From Anaerovoracaceae bacterium (GTDB lineage: Bacteria > Bacillota > Clostridia > Peptostreptococcales > Anaerovoracaceae): 57,856 nt of DNA. Location: the NCBI GenBank assembly GCA_963636105.1, contig CAVHIG010000002.1, forward strand, positions 1 through 57,856, given 5' to 3'. The notes beneath the pieces are model-generated. The model was given only the letters and a program-made list of their open reading frames with translations, was not told the DNA's origin and made no database searches. The translations under genes were made by a program, and so were the position numbers. Positions 46,033-55,704 of the stretch are shown piece by piece (the stretch's first letter is position 1; each line of letters opens with the position of its first letter).

Positions 46033-48708
46033 ATGGAGGACGGGCTTGCAAAGCGTGCAAAGGAGAATGCTTTGCGCAGACCTGTTGTAGTGATGGCGAT
46101 ATCCTTTTCTTTGGGTATCGCCGCTGGTTTTTATTTAAGAATACCAAAAGGCATGCCGGCGGTGGGGATTATCCTTGCCGCGCTTGGCATGTTTTTTATA
46201 TTTTTTGTTCAGCGGAAACGGCGCGGGCCTTGCGATAAGAAGGAGCATTGCGAGCCTTGCGGGGCGCAGGAGAAGGACAGCTTTTGCAGTGAGGCAAAAC
46301 TTGCTATACGCGCGGCGCTGATTCTTTTATGCTTTTTTGCCGGGATTTTAAATTTGCAAATACATACAGAAAAGGAAGAATATTTTGTGACGCATGCGGG
46401 AGAGAGCATCAGTTTTTTAGGCACGGTCACAAGCATAGAAAAAAAGGATGAGGATTACTTTCGCCTGACTGTACAAAAGGATTCCGGAGAAAAAATTTTA
46501 ATAAGCCTATATGGCGATTATAAAGATGTAGGAGGGGCTTTTGACGGCGAAGAGAAGAAGTCCCGTCTCAAAAATTACGGCGACCTCACAGGAAGAACTG
46601 TAAAAATCACCGCTACGCCTGAGCTTCCGGCCTCGCGCAGAAACCCGAATTGCTTCGACTACCGCCGTTACCTCCTCACAAAGGGTATAGGGACGATCAG
46701 CAGCACAAAGCCGGCTGCCGTAGAGCTATATGATATCACATCTTCGCAGGCGCCTACGCTCTCGCGTGTGACGAAAATCAAAAATAAAATCCTAAATATA
46801 GTGGCTGTGGAACGCGCCGATTTCATAGAAAGAATCACGACTTCGATGAATCCGGATGCCGCAGGGCTTGTGATTGGAATGGTGCTCGGTGACAAAAACG
46901 AACTTTCGGATGATACCTATGAGCTCTTCCAAAAAAATGGTACGGCGCATATTTTGGCGGTGAGCGGCATACACATCGGAATCCTCTACGCCTGTGTCTA
47001 CACTCTTTTGGGGAAGAGAAAAAATCTTGCGGTCGGCTGCGCAAGCCTTGCGGTGCTCTTTTGCTATGCGGCCTTTGCGATGTGGGCGCCTTCCGTCATG
47101 CGAGCTGTATCCATGATCGCGCTGCACATCCTTTCGGAGCTGCTGCACAGAAGGTATGATATGCTCTGCGCCGGCGCCTTTTGCGCTTCAGTGATGCTTC
47201 TAAAAAATCCGATGTCGCTCTTTGACCTCGGATTCCAACTGTCATATATGGCAATTTTTGTACTTGCTGTAATCTTTCCACTGGCAAATCATCTTGCGGA
47301 GCGCGCGCTTGCACGCCCTTATGTGATAAAAAACAAAAATAAAACTTTTGTGGCTGTCTTGGCGGAGAAAACCATAATGCTATTTTTGCCTGCTTTTGTA
47401 TTGCAGCTCGGCATGATTCCGATCACGGCCTACACCTTCAATTATTTTTCTCTTGCTGCCTTCTTTGTAAACGTGCCGGTAATCTATCTTGCGGGCTTTA
47501 CGGTGCCCCTTGGCATCATTTTGGCGCCGCTTTTGAAATTCGCGGAAGGCTCCTTGCTTACGGGTGTGGCGGAAACGGCGGAGGAACTGCTTTGCGGGCT
47601 TTTGATCAAAATGAACAGGGGGGTATTTTTGCCGGGGCTTTCATACGGATATGTGACGAGCCCTCCGCTTTGGCTGCTCTTTTGCTACTACGGCCTGATT
47701 TTCTTTTTGACTTCCGAGACTGCTGTGATACTTTGGAAACGCAGTGGATATAAGGTTGATAGGCTGCGCGACAGTGCACAGAGAGTACGCGTCAGAGGAA
47801 AATATCAAAGGAGCCGCGCTGCCCTTGGAGGGGCGATAATTGCGGTGCTTTTGCTCTCATCTGCCGCGGCAGGCATTGTAAGCCATAGCAGCGGAGCAGC
47901 AAATTATGAAAAGGCGCAGCTGACCTTTGTGGACGTGGGGCAGGGAGACTGTCTGCATATAAGGACGCCGTCGGGGAAAAATATTCTTATAGACGGCGGT
48001 GGTAGCGCAAATTACGACGTGGGGAAAAAGACACTGCTCCCTTATCTCTTGAAAAATGGTGTAAAGAAGCTCGATCTTGTATTTGTGACGCACAGGCATA
48101 CGGATCATTATGCGGGCATTATGTCCCTGGCGCATGAGCTTGAAATTGAAAAGCTTGCGCTCTATGAAGCAAATTCGGTGCTGTCCGCGGAAATTTCGGA
48201 GGAGACGGGGATGGACGCGGGTGACATACTATATTTGAGTGCGGGTATGCGCGTGGATTTTGAGGATGGAGTGGCTGTGGAGGTAGTATCGCCTGAAAAA
48301 AAGAACATTCTGGAATATGAGCAGCTTACATCAGAAACTGGCGATGAAAATGCCATAAGCATGGTACTCAAGGTGGATTATTTGGGAGTGGAGGCGCTTA
48401 TGACAGCCGATATAGATACAGAAGGTGAAAAGGGCCTTTTGAAGAGAGGCTGCGATCTCAAGGCGGATATTTTGAAGGTGGCTCATCACGGAAGTAAGTA
48501 CAGCAGCGACGATGATTTTTTGCGCGCTGTATCGCCTGATGTGGCTGTTGTACAGGTTGGGAAAAACACATTTGGACATCCGACGCAGGAGGCGCTTTTG
48601 CGCATTTCTGATGCCGGCGCGGACATCTATCGAAATGACATACAGGGAGCGATATGTGTATATATAAAGGAAGGGCGGATAGAGAAAATATGCGGCGTCT
48701 GTGATTGA
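46033..48708 (+). CDS. comEC: DNA internalization-related competence protein ComEC/Rec2
   Basis: Polytopic competence domain (GTAHILAVSGIHIGIL) plus a C-terminal metallo-beta-lactamase domain (VTHRHTDHYAG, KVAHHGS). Confidence 0.9.
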   Translation: MEDGLAKRAKENALRRPVVVMAISFSLGIAAGFYLRIPKGMPAVGIILAALGMFFIFFVQRKRRGPCDKKEHCEPCGAQEKDSFCSEAKLAIRAALILLCFFAGILNLQIHTEKEEYFVTHAGESISFLGTVTSIEKKDEDYFRLTVQKDSGEKILISLYGDYKDVGGAFDGEEKKSRLKNYGDLTGRTVKITATPELPASRRNPNCFDYRRYLLTKGIGTISSTKPAAVELYDITSSQAPTLSRVTKIKNKILNIVAVERADFIERITTSMNPDAAGLVIGMVLGDKNELSDDTYELFQKNGTAHILAVSGIHIGILYACVYTLLGKRKNLAVGCASLAVLFCYAAFAMWAPSVMRAVSMIALHILSELLHRRYDMLCAGAFCASVMLLKNPMSLFDLGFQLSYMAIFVLAVIFPLANHLAERALARPYVIKNKNKTFVAVLAEKTIMLFLPAFVLQLGMIPITAYTFNYFSLAAFFVNVPVIYLAGFTVPLGIILAPLLKFAEGSLLTGVAETAEELLCGLLIKMNRGVFLPGLSYGYVTSPPLWLLFCYYGLIFFLTSETAVILWKRSGYKVDRLRDSAQRVRVRGKYQRSRAALGGAIIAVLLLSSAAAGIVSHSSGAANYEKAQLTFVDVGQGDCLHIRTPSGKNILIDGGGSANYDVGKKTLLPYLLKNGVKKLDLVFVTHRHTDHYAGIMSLAHELEIEKLALYEANSVLSAEISEETGMDAGDILYLSAGMRVDFEDGVAVEVVSPEKKNILEYEQLTSETGDENAISMVLKVDYLGVEALMTADIDTEGEKGLLKRGCDLKADILKVAHHGSKYSSDDDFLRAVSPDVAVVQVGKNTFGHPTQEALLRISDAGADIYRNDIQGAICVYIKEGRIEKICGVCD

Positions 48709-48882
48709 GAACAAGGCTACGATAGCCGGTTTTCAATCGATGCTTAGATTTGATTTAACAAAAATTTAATAATTTATGGGATTCTTGTTTGTTGACTTAT
48801 AGGTTTGGAGATAGTAGAATAAAATTGGGTTTTGATTTTCAGACCTGAAAATTCAATGAAAAGAAAAAAGGAGGTACTTTTC

Positions 48883-50388
48883 ATGAGAAAGATGCTTAGA
48901 AAGTTTGTGTCCCTGACGCTCGTCCTTGCGATGGTGCTCGGCGGCGCGGCATTTGCCTTCGCGGATAGCACAAACGACGCAGTTTCCGCGACAGCAAAGG
49001 AACCGACCGTAAAAGACGGATACAATGTAATGATAGACGGCGGTTATGTAAGCTTTACGGATGCTGTACCGCAGAACATAAGCGGAAGAATTATGGTGCC
49101 TTTCAGGGCAATCTTTGAGGCTATGGGCGCAAAGGTGGATTATGACAACGCTACAAAGACTGTTACGGCAGACAAGGACGATATCCACATTTCGTTTGTA
49201 ATCGGAAGCAAGGAAATTACTGTAAAAAAAGGCAGTGATGTATCCACAAAGACGATGGATGTAGCGGCATTCATAGAGGCGAAGACTTCCAGAACCTTTG
49301 TACCGACAAGATTTGTCGCAGAGGCTCTTGGTTATACAGTAGGCTGGGACAACACTGCAAAGACAGCGGTTGTAGTAGATACTGAAAGCATTTTTGCAAA
49401 CGCGGCAAATGATTTTTCGATCATTTCAAAGGCTCTTACGGGTACGGAGACTGATGCAAATGCCACTTACAGAAGCACAGGCGACCTGGCTATGAACTTT
49501 GCTATGAATGGACTTACAGAGGCAGATAATTTTGATCTTTCTGTAGAGGCTTCTCTCGATGGCCTTACAAAGGGTCTTGATGGCGAGATGAGCATGGCTG
49601 CAAGCTTCGATTTCGGAGATCTTTATAAGGATGCCGATGCTGATGAGGCTGCGATGGTAGAGGCTCTCAAGAATATTACGATAGACGTAAAAATGGACGC
49701 TGAGAGCGGAGATATCTGGTTTAAGTGCCCGGCTTTGAATGCTTTTGCTGGCGTGAGCGGCGACAATGTATGGTTCAAGATGAATATGTATGACCTGTAT
49801 GAAAGCATGGGCATAGATCTTAAGCCGCTGCTTTCAGGTGCTGAGAGCGGAAGCGTTGAGGTTTCTGATCTTTTGGAGACGCTTGTAAGTGAGGATTCGC
49901 TTGATGTGGATTCATATGATTCGATAAGCTCTTTGTATGTGCTTGCAAAGGCGATTGCAGGCGATGAGGCTTTCAAAACTACAAAGTCAGGTTCGACTAC
50001 TACATATACTGTTGCTGCAAATAAGGACAGTGTTATGAAGGTGCTTACAGAGAAGTTTGGCATGTCATCTGTAGAGGCTGCTTTGCTTCTTTTGGATAGC
50101 GGACTTACGGATTTCAATCTCAATATTTCTGTAAAGGAAAAGGCAAGCAAGGTTTCTGAGCTCTCAATCAAGGGAAATATGAATGCGGAAGACGGTACAG
50201 TGATAAGCCTTGAGCTTTATGGAGATGACACAAAGTCAAAGGTAGCTTTGTCCTTTGCGATGCCTTCTGTAATGAAGATGAGTGTAGAGGCAAACTCCAC
50301 TACAAAGCAGGTATCGGACAAGGTAGATACGACTCTTCCTGCCGGTGCTACTGTAATCGATTTGATGGAGGCGCTGAGCTCAAAATAG
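48883..50388 (+). CDS. Secreted protein with copper-amine-oxidase N-terminal (stalk) domain
   Basis: Signal peptide MRKMLRKFVSLTLVLAMVLGGAAFAFA. Cu_amine_oxidN1-like block MVPFRAIFEAMGAKVDYDNATKTVTA..FVPTRFVAEALGYTVGWD. The remaining 350 aa or so are unassigned. Confidence 0.75.
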   Translation: MRKMLRKFVSLTLVLAMVLGGAAFAFADSTNDAVSATAKEPTVKDGYNVMIDGGYVSFTDAVPQNISGRIMVPFRAIFEAMGAKVDYDNATKTVTADKDDIHISFVIGSKEITVKKGSDVSTKTMDVAAFIEAKTSRTFVPTRFVAEALGYTVGWDNTAKTAVVVDTESIFANAANDFSIISKALTGTETDANATYRSTGDLAMNFAMNGLTEADNFDLSVEASLDGLTKGLDGEMSMAASFDFGDLYKDADADEAAMVEALKNITIDVKMDAESGDIWFKCPALNAFAGVSGDNVWFKMNMYDLYESMGIDLKPLLSGAESGSVEVSDLLETLVSEDSLDVDSYDSISSLYVLAKAIAGDEAFKTTKSGSTTTYTVAANKDSVMKVLTEKFGMSSVEAALLLLDSGLTDFNLNISVKEKASKVSELSIKGNMNAEDGTVISLELYGDDTKSKVALSFAMPSVMKMSVEANSTTKQVSDKVDTTLPAGATVIDLMEALSSK

Positions 50389-50437
50389 TCAGCTGAAAGC
50401 TTAAGCTTTGGCTGTTTTGACTATATTGAAATGACTG

Positions 50438-50473
50438 AAAACGGTGCAACTGCAAGGGTTGCGCCGTTTTTTT
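50438..50473 (+). terminator. Rho-independent terminator
   Basis: AAAACGGTGCAAC tgcaagg GTTGCGCCGTTTTTTT. Confidence 0.85.
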
Positions 50474-50480
50474 AGTCCCG

Positions 50481-50560
50481 AAAGTGAGGGCAGGTATTAG
50501 GTGAGCGCGGGCCTAAAGTGAGCAGGTCTCAAGCGAGCGCAGGCCTCAAGGGAGAGGCTT
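50481..50560 (+). repeat. Five degenerate tandem units of about 16 nt
   Basis: AAAGTGAGGGCAGGTATT / AGGTGAGCGCGGGCCT / AAAGTGAGCAGGTCTC / AAGCGAGCGCAGGCCTC / AAGGGAGAGGCTT. Confidence 0.7.
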
Positions 50561-50612
50561 ATACAAATGAAACTGGAAAATCGCTGGCAAAATATGTAAT
50601 TAGAGTTTTGCA

Positions 50613-50642
50613 TTGACAAATAGACCAAATATATGATATATT
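50613..50642 (+). promoter_or_regulatory. Promoter upstream of the tadZ-like gene
   Basis: TTGACA (50613-50618), 18 nt, TGaTATATT with the -10 at 50637-50642. Confidence 0.55.
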
Positions 50643-50808
50643 GAAATTGCCAAACCGCGGCGGTTATTTTCTAATAACTAAATCGGGAGGAGGTCATAGA
50701 CTCGCCTCTTTGCTGTGCATTGTAGCATATTTTGGTTTTTTATAAAAGAGAAAAATTTCCTATTTACGCGAAACTTGCGGGGTCCTTAGTGTGAAGGAGG
50801 CGAATCAA

Positions 50809-51849
50809 ATGAAGGCCATAAGAGCAGCTGTGCTTACAAGGGATGATGATTACGGAATTGCGCTTTGCAGGGCAATAGCCAGAAATCGTAAAAGTTTAAT
50901 AGTATCTCATTTGAAGCCGCCTTTTGAGGCTGAAGTGGAGAAATTTGATTTTATAGTTACGGATTTTGATGAAGCCGAATTTTTTTGCGAAAACGCCTTG
51001 GGCTTGCTCTGTAAATCCGGGGAAAAGAAAGCATCCGTTATTTTCCTTAAGGAAAATGTGAGCTTGGGCGATAGCTCTCACTTAAGTTTGGAGGAGCTTA
51101 TATCGCAGGGCAGAGCTTTGCATAGATATAAATATGGAAGCGTAAAAGAGCTTGCGGATTTGATGATTGCGGCATATTGCCTGAAGCATGGCACTCTTGC
51201 GGAAGCGGATTTGCATGACAAATGCCAGATAATAGCCGTCACGTCAGACAAAGGAGGCTGCGGCAAGACAGTATTTTCCCTCGCGCTCGCCCAGGAACTG
51301 CGACGTTTCCGCGGCAAAAAAGTCCTGTATATATCATTTTCGCCATTTGAGATTACGGATAGCTATGTAGCTTGCGATGAGGAGAGAAAAAGGAATTTTC
51401 AGGAGCTGCTATACTATTTTTTTAAAGGCAGGCCCTTTGCTATGGAGGGGGTAGTGCTGCAGGATGCCTACGGGGTGGAGCTTCTGCCGCCCGCACCGGG
51501 GAAAAATCCGCTTTCGACGCTTACGGAGGCGGAGCTTGGGCATTTTTTTGAACATATTTGTGGGATGGGGCGCTATGATGTTGTGATCTGCGATATGGCG
51601 GGCAGCTTTTCGGAAACGGAGCTTGGAGTCCTTGGGATGAGTCGCGTAATTTGTCTCTTGACTGCCAGCGAAAGGCTAAAGTCGTATCTCGAACTTGTAC
51701 TCGGTGAGGAGGCTGGTGAAAAGCTTACGGAAGTCTCTGTTTGTAGGGATGCTGAGAACGTTATTTTGAAGGATGGGCAGCTTAGAATTTCTATAGATGC
51801 GGATTTTGGCAGGGATGTGAAGGAGTTTGCAGAAAATTCCGTATATTAG
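50809..51849 (+). CDS. ParA/MinD-superfamily ATPase with N-terminal receiver-like domain (CpaE/TadZ-like)
   Basis: Deviant Walker A SDKGGCGKT. The N-terminus KAIRAAVLTRDDD..FDFIVTDFDE looks like a degenerate receiver domain. GAAGGAGG lies 8 nt upstream of ATG 50809. Confidence 0.65.
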   Translation: MKAIRAAVLTRDDDYGIALCRAIARNRKSLIVSHLKPPFEAEVEKFDFIVTDFDEAEFFCENALGLLCKSGEKKASVIFLKENVSLGDSSHLSLEELISQGRALHRYKYGSVKELADLMIAAYCLKHGTLAEADLHDKCQIIAVTSDKGGCGKTVFSLALAQELRRFRGKKVLYISFSPFEITDSYVACDEERKRNFQELLYYFFKGRPFAMEGVVLQDAYGVELLPPAPGKNPLSTLTEAELGHFFEHICGMGRYDVVICDMAGSFSETELGVLGMSRVICLLTASERLKSYLELVLGEEAGEKLTEVSVCRDAENVILKDGQLRISIDADFGRDVKEFAENSVY

Positions 51850-51863
51850 GGCGAATTTTTTGC

Positions 51864-51892
51864 TTGCTCTGGCCGCTTTCATAAGGTAAAAT
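51864..51892 (+). promoter_or_regulatory. Own promoter for the antiporter/decarboxylase pair
   Basis: TTGCTC (51864-51869), 17 nt, TAAAAT (51887-51892). Confidence 0.5.
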
Positions 51893-51958
51893 GGTAATGT
51901 ATAGCCTTTTTGGCATATATGAGATTTAGAGATTAGGAAAGGCGGTAAAAACCTATTT

Positions 51959-54313
51959 ATGGAAGGACTTGACACTTTAATAAGAGATTTGGCGTACATC
52001 CTGGTTGTGGCAGGCGTCACTACTTTGATATTCAAGAAGATAAAACAGCCTGTTGTGCTGGGATATATTGTAGCCGGATTTATAACAGGCCCTTATTGCT
52101 CTTTCTTCCCATCTATTCTCGGGAAGGCGGACATTACGGTCTGGGCGGACATGGGTATTATCTTTATCATGTTTGCGCTGGGCCTCGAATTTAGCTTTCA
52201 TAAGATAGCAAATGTAGGAGGCAGTGCCATAGTCACGGCTACCACGGTTATAGGCGCGATGGTGCTTATCGGATATTTTGTGGGCACAGCCATGGGCTGG
52301 TCAAGGATGGATTGTATCTTCCTGGGCGGCATGATTTCTATGTCCTCGACTTCGATTATTTTGAAGGCTTATGAGGAAATGAATCTAAAAAAAGAGAAAT
52401 TTGCGGGACTGGTGCTCGGAGCGCTTGTACTTGAGGATATCGCCGGGATTTTTATGATGATCATACTTTCTACGATATCCATAAGCCAAAATGTAGACGG
52501 CTTCGGTATGATAAAGGAGATCTCAGTTCTGCTTTTGTATCTTGTGCTCTGGCTGGTGCTGGGCATTTTCCTCATACCTTCATTTCTAAAGAAATCCGAC
52601 TCGCTCATGAATGACGAGACGCTGCTTGTTGTGTCTATAGGTCTTTGCCTGGGCATGGTAGTGCTTGCAAATGTGATAGGCTTCTCGTCGGCTCTCGGAG
52701 CTTTTGTAGCCGGCTCTATACTTGCAGGGACGGTGAAGGCTGAGCAGATAGAGCATCTTGTGCAGCCTATAAAGGACTTGTTTGCGGCGGTATTTTTCAT
52801 ACATGTGGGCATGATGGTAGTGCCGGAGATGCTTGTAAAATATTGGATGCCAATTCTGCTGCTCAGCATAGTGGTCATCGTGGGACAGAATATTTTTTCG
52901 ACCATCGGCGTGCTTCTTTCAGGTCAGTCATTGCATACGGCGGTGCGCGCGGGCTTTAGCATGGTTCAAATAGGTGAATTTTCATTCATTATAGCCACAC
53001 TAGGCACAAGTCTCGGTGTGACAAGCGACTTTTTGTATCCGATAATCGTATGCGTATCGGTCATCACGACCTTTACTACGCCTATATTTATAAAGAATGG
53101 CGAAAAAGCCTATGGCGCGCTTTGCAAAGTCTTGCCTGATAAGATAGTGAATCTCCTGAATAGGTATACATCTGAAGGGCAGGTGGATCATGACAAGGAT
53201 CAGGATTGGAAGACCTATATAGGCAGGTACTTCCTGAAAACCGTAATTTGCGTAGCGCTTCTTTTCGCAATCTATACCTTGTCGAAGTTCTACGCGGTGC
53301 CTCTACTTTATAAGTTTTTCCCAAGCTACGGAGGCGGTTTTTTAGAGGCTGTGATAACAATCGCTCTCATGTCGCCATTTATAAGTATTTTGTGCTCTAC
53401 AAGAAAGAGCCTGCTATATAAAAAGCTGTGGATAAAGCATCCGGCAAACAGGCTGCCTCTTATGGCCTTCAATGTTATAAGGATTTTTATAGCGATGGCC
53501 TTCCTCGGCCTCAGCCTAAAGAGCGTCTTTGCGATACCTACGGGAGTCATCACACTTATAGCCTTTGTGGTTGTATTTATAATGGGACGCTCAGAGATGC
53601 TGACAAGCGCCTCGCTGCGCCTTCAGGCTCAATTTGTCGCAAATTTCAATGAAAGAGCCATTGCGAAGCTTCGCAAGGAAAGAAACATGGAAAATACGGA
53701 TTGGCTGGACAAGAAGCTCTTTATTGTTGAATTTACAATAACAGGTCTGCCGGAACATGGGAGCAGCATAAAGGATTTTACTGCGAAGAAAAAATTCGGC
53801 GTGGATATAGTGAGGATAAAGCGCCAAAACAAATATATTATACTTCCGGAGGCAGATCAGCAGGTGGAGGCAGGAGATATAATCTGCGCTATGGGTCAAA
53901 AGGAGCAGATAGATTCTTATCTTGTAATGCTTGAGCAGGCAGAATATATCGATGAACCGAAGGAAGAGCGCATCACGCTAAACGACTTTATTTTGAATCA
54001 GGCCTCCGACGGCGTAAACCCTGAGGATCAGATTATGGTATGCGGTATAGCGATAAAGCGTGGGGGCAGATTTGACCGCAAGTCCATAAAAAATTGCGGA
54101 TTCAGAAAAAAGTTTGGTGGATATATCATCTGTATGGAAAGCGGAAATCTTTGTGTGATTTCGCCACCGCGAAATTTCGTGATAAGAGCGGGAGACATCA
54201 TGTGGGTTATAGGAAACGCAGAGATGGCAGCGATGCTCTATGCGGATGGCTATCTGGATGCCGTAGACAGAGAGGATATTGAAGGCGAGATATCGGAAGA
54301 AGCTGTAGCTTAA
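51959..54313 (+). CDS. CPA2-type cation:proton antiporter with two C-terminal RCK_C (TrkA-C) domains
   Basis: Na_H_exchanger N-terminus LIRDLAYILVVAGVTTLIFKKIKQPVVLGYIVAGFITGP, a TM core of about 13 helices, and two TrkA-C-like repeats (..VEAGDIICAMG.. and ..IRAGDIMWVIG..). Confidence 0.85.
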   Translation: MEGLDTLIRDLAYILVVAGVTTLIFKKIKQPVVLGYIVAGFITGPYCSFFPSILGKADITVWADMGIIFIMFALGLEFSFHKIANVGGSAIVTATTVIGAMVLIGYFVGTAMGWSRMDCIFLGGMISMSSTSIILKAYEEMNLKKEKFAGLVLGALVLEDIAGIFMMIILSTISISQNVDGFGMIKEISVLLLYLVLWLVLGIFLIPSFLKKSDSLMNDETLLVVSIGLCLGMVVLANVIGFSSALGAFVAGSILAGTVKAEQIEHLVQPIKDLFAAVFFIHVGMMVVPEMLVKYWMPILLLSIVVIVGQNIFSTIGVLLSGQSLHTAVRAGFSMVQIGEFSFIIATLGTSLGVTSDFLYPIIVCVSVITTFTTPIFIKNGEKAYGALCKVLPDKIVNLLNRYTSEGQVDHDKDQDWKTYIGRYFLKTVICVALLFAIYTLSKFYAVPLLYKFFPSYGGGFLEAVITIALMSPFISILCSTRKSLLYKKLWIKHPANRLPLMAFNVIRIFIAMAFLGLSLKSVFAIPTGVITLIAFVVVFIMGRSEMLTSASLRLQAQFVANFNERAIAKLRKERNMENTDWLDKKLFIVEFTITGLPEHGSSIKDFTAKKKFGVDIVRIKRQNKYIILPEADQQVEAGDIICAMGQKEQIDSYLVMLEQAEYIDEPKEERITLNDFILNQASDGVNPEDQIMVCGIAIKRGGRFDRKSIKNCGFRKKFGGYIICMESGNLCVISPPRNFVIRAGDIMWVIGNAEMAAMLYADGYLDAVDREDIEGEISEEAVA

Positions 54314-54326
54314 GGAGTGGTTAAGG

Positions 54327-55505
54327 ATGGAGAAGAAAAAGCTTGAATTTGTTCGGGAAAATGCGCCTTGCTTTCTCTATGATAAAAAACAGATTATGGA
54401 AAGATGCCGTATTCTTCAAAGCTCTATGCCTGAGGAAAAATTTCTATATTCCATCAAGACAAATCCATTTATGCCCGTAGTGGAAACTATTGCAAGTCAA
54501 GGCTTTGGAGCGGATGCTGCCTCCGCGAATGAAGTTTTATCGGCCATGAAGGCAAAAATCCCCTGTGAATCGATTTTTTATTCCGCACCGGGAAAGACAG
54601 CAGAGGACATAGAAAAAACCTGGGGGAAATGCACGATTGTTGCGGATAGCTTTTCTGAGCTGAGACTTTTGGAGCAAATCGCAGCAGAAAGGGATGAATC
54701 TATCAAGGTGGGAGTCCGCATAAATCCGGCTTTTTCGATGGATAATGCAGCGCCAGCTCCGAGTAAATTCGGTATAGATGAAGATAAATTTACAGCAGAG
54801 AAGGTGCATTTTCCGCATCTGAAAATAGTCGGCCTTCATATCCATTTGCGTTCGCAGGTGCTGGATACGGATTTGCTCTGTGCATATTATAGGAATTGTT
54901 ATGCTTTGGCAGAGCGAATACACAAAATGCAAAATATAGAAATTTCCTTTATAAATTTCGGCAGCGGAATCGGCACAATATATGACGCAGCAAGCGAAAA
55001 AGCACTTGATTTTGAAAAAATCGGGCAAGTAATGAGGGAGCTGCATAAGCGCAATGCCCAGAGCCTGAATGCAAAATTTATTCTTGAGACCGGACGCTTT
55101 CTGGTTTGCAATGCCGGGAATTATTATACAAGAGTTGTGGATCGAAAAGAGTCGTGCGGCAAGACATTTATCATTGTACAGAATACCTTGAATGGCTTTT
55201 TGCGTCCTGTGATTGCGGAATTGCTGAGGCAAAACCTCGGCAAATTTCCTATTGCTGGGCAAGAACCACTATATACTTCCGCTGCCCAGTGCTCGTTTCG
55301 CGTGCTAGGGAAAGAAACAAATCCGGAGAAAGTGGATATTGTCGGAAATCTATGCACTTCGCTGGATGCTATGGCGAGGGACATTGTCTTGCCACATATG
55401 GAAATCGGAGATATTCTTGAGGTCTCCAATGCGGGAAGCTATGGCTACACACTTACTCCGCAGCTCTTCTCCAGCCAGGAAGCGACAGGCGAGTTTCTTT
55501 TCTAA
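54327..55505 (+). CDS. Fold-type III PLP-dependent decarboxylase (Orn/DAP/Arg decarboxylase family), divergent
   Basis: PLP lysine context YSIKTNP, HIHLRSQ (canonical H-x-H-x-GSQ), FGSGIG (canonical GGGxG), ETGRF (canonical EPGR), CTSLD and AGSYG. Confidence 0.75.
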   Translation: MEKKKLEFVRENAPCFLYDKKQIMERCRILQSSMPEEKFLYSIKTNPFMPVVETIASQGFGADAASANEVLSAMKAKIPCESIFYSAPGKTAEDIEKTWGKCTIVADSFSELRLLEQIAAERDESIKVGVRINPAFSMDNAAPAPSKFGIDEDKFTAEKVHFPHLKIVGLHIHLRSQVLDTDLLCAYYRNCYALAERIHKMQNIEISFINFGSGIGTIYDAASEKALDFEKIGQVMRELHKRNAQSLNAKFILETGRFLVCNAGNYYTRVVDRKESCGKTFIIVQNTLNGFLRPVIAELLRQNLGKFPIAGQEPLYTSAAQCSFRVLGKETNPEKVDIVGNLCTSLDAMARDIVLPHMEIGDILEVSNAGSYGYTLTPQLFSSQEATGEFLF

Positions 55506-55635
55506 GCAAGGAAGGTAGAAAATTTTAACGTCTTAAACGCTAGCATTGATTGCATAGCTGGGCTATCCCACTTGCAAACTTGTAAATAAAAGGAAATTTG
55601 GAAGTCGTAGGAAAAAATAATAGAAAATTTACAAT

Positions 55636-55666
55636 AAAACAGTTGCATTTTTTGTGCAGCTGTTTT
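55636..55666 (+). terminator. Rho-independent terminator after the decarboxylase gene
   Basis: AACAGTTGCA ttttttg TGCAGCTGTT with one G-U pair, followed by TTTATTAT. Confidence 0.7.
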
Positions 55667-55704
55667 ATTATATCTATACAATACAAAATAAGGAAAAAAG
55701 AGAA

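Noticed and set aside
50481-50560. A CRISPR-like or minisatellite reading of the repeat arrays at 50481-50560, 38927-39008 and 1008-1092.
   Set aside because: The units are contiguous or only duplicated. They are degenerate and lack unique spacers of 25-40 nt, and no cas genes are present. They are not CRISPR arrays and are reported only as repeats.
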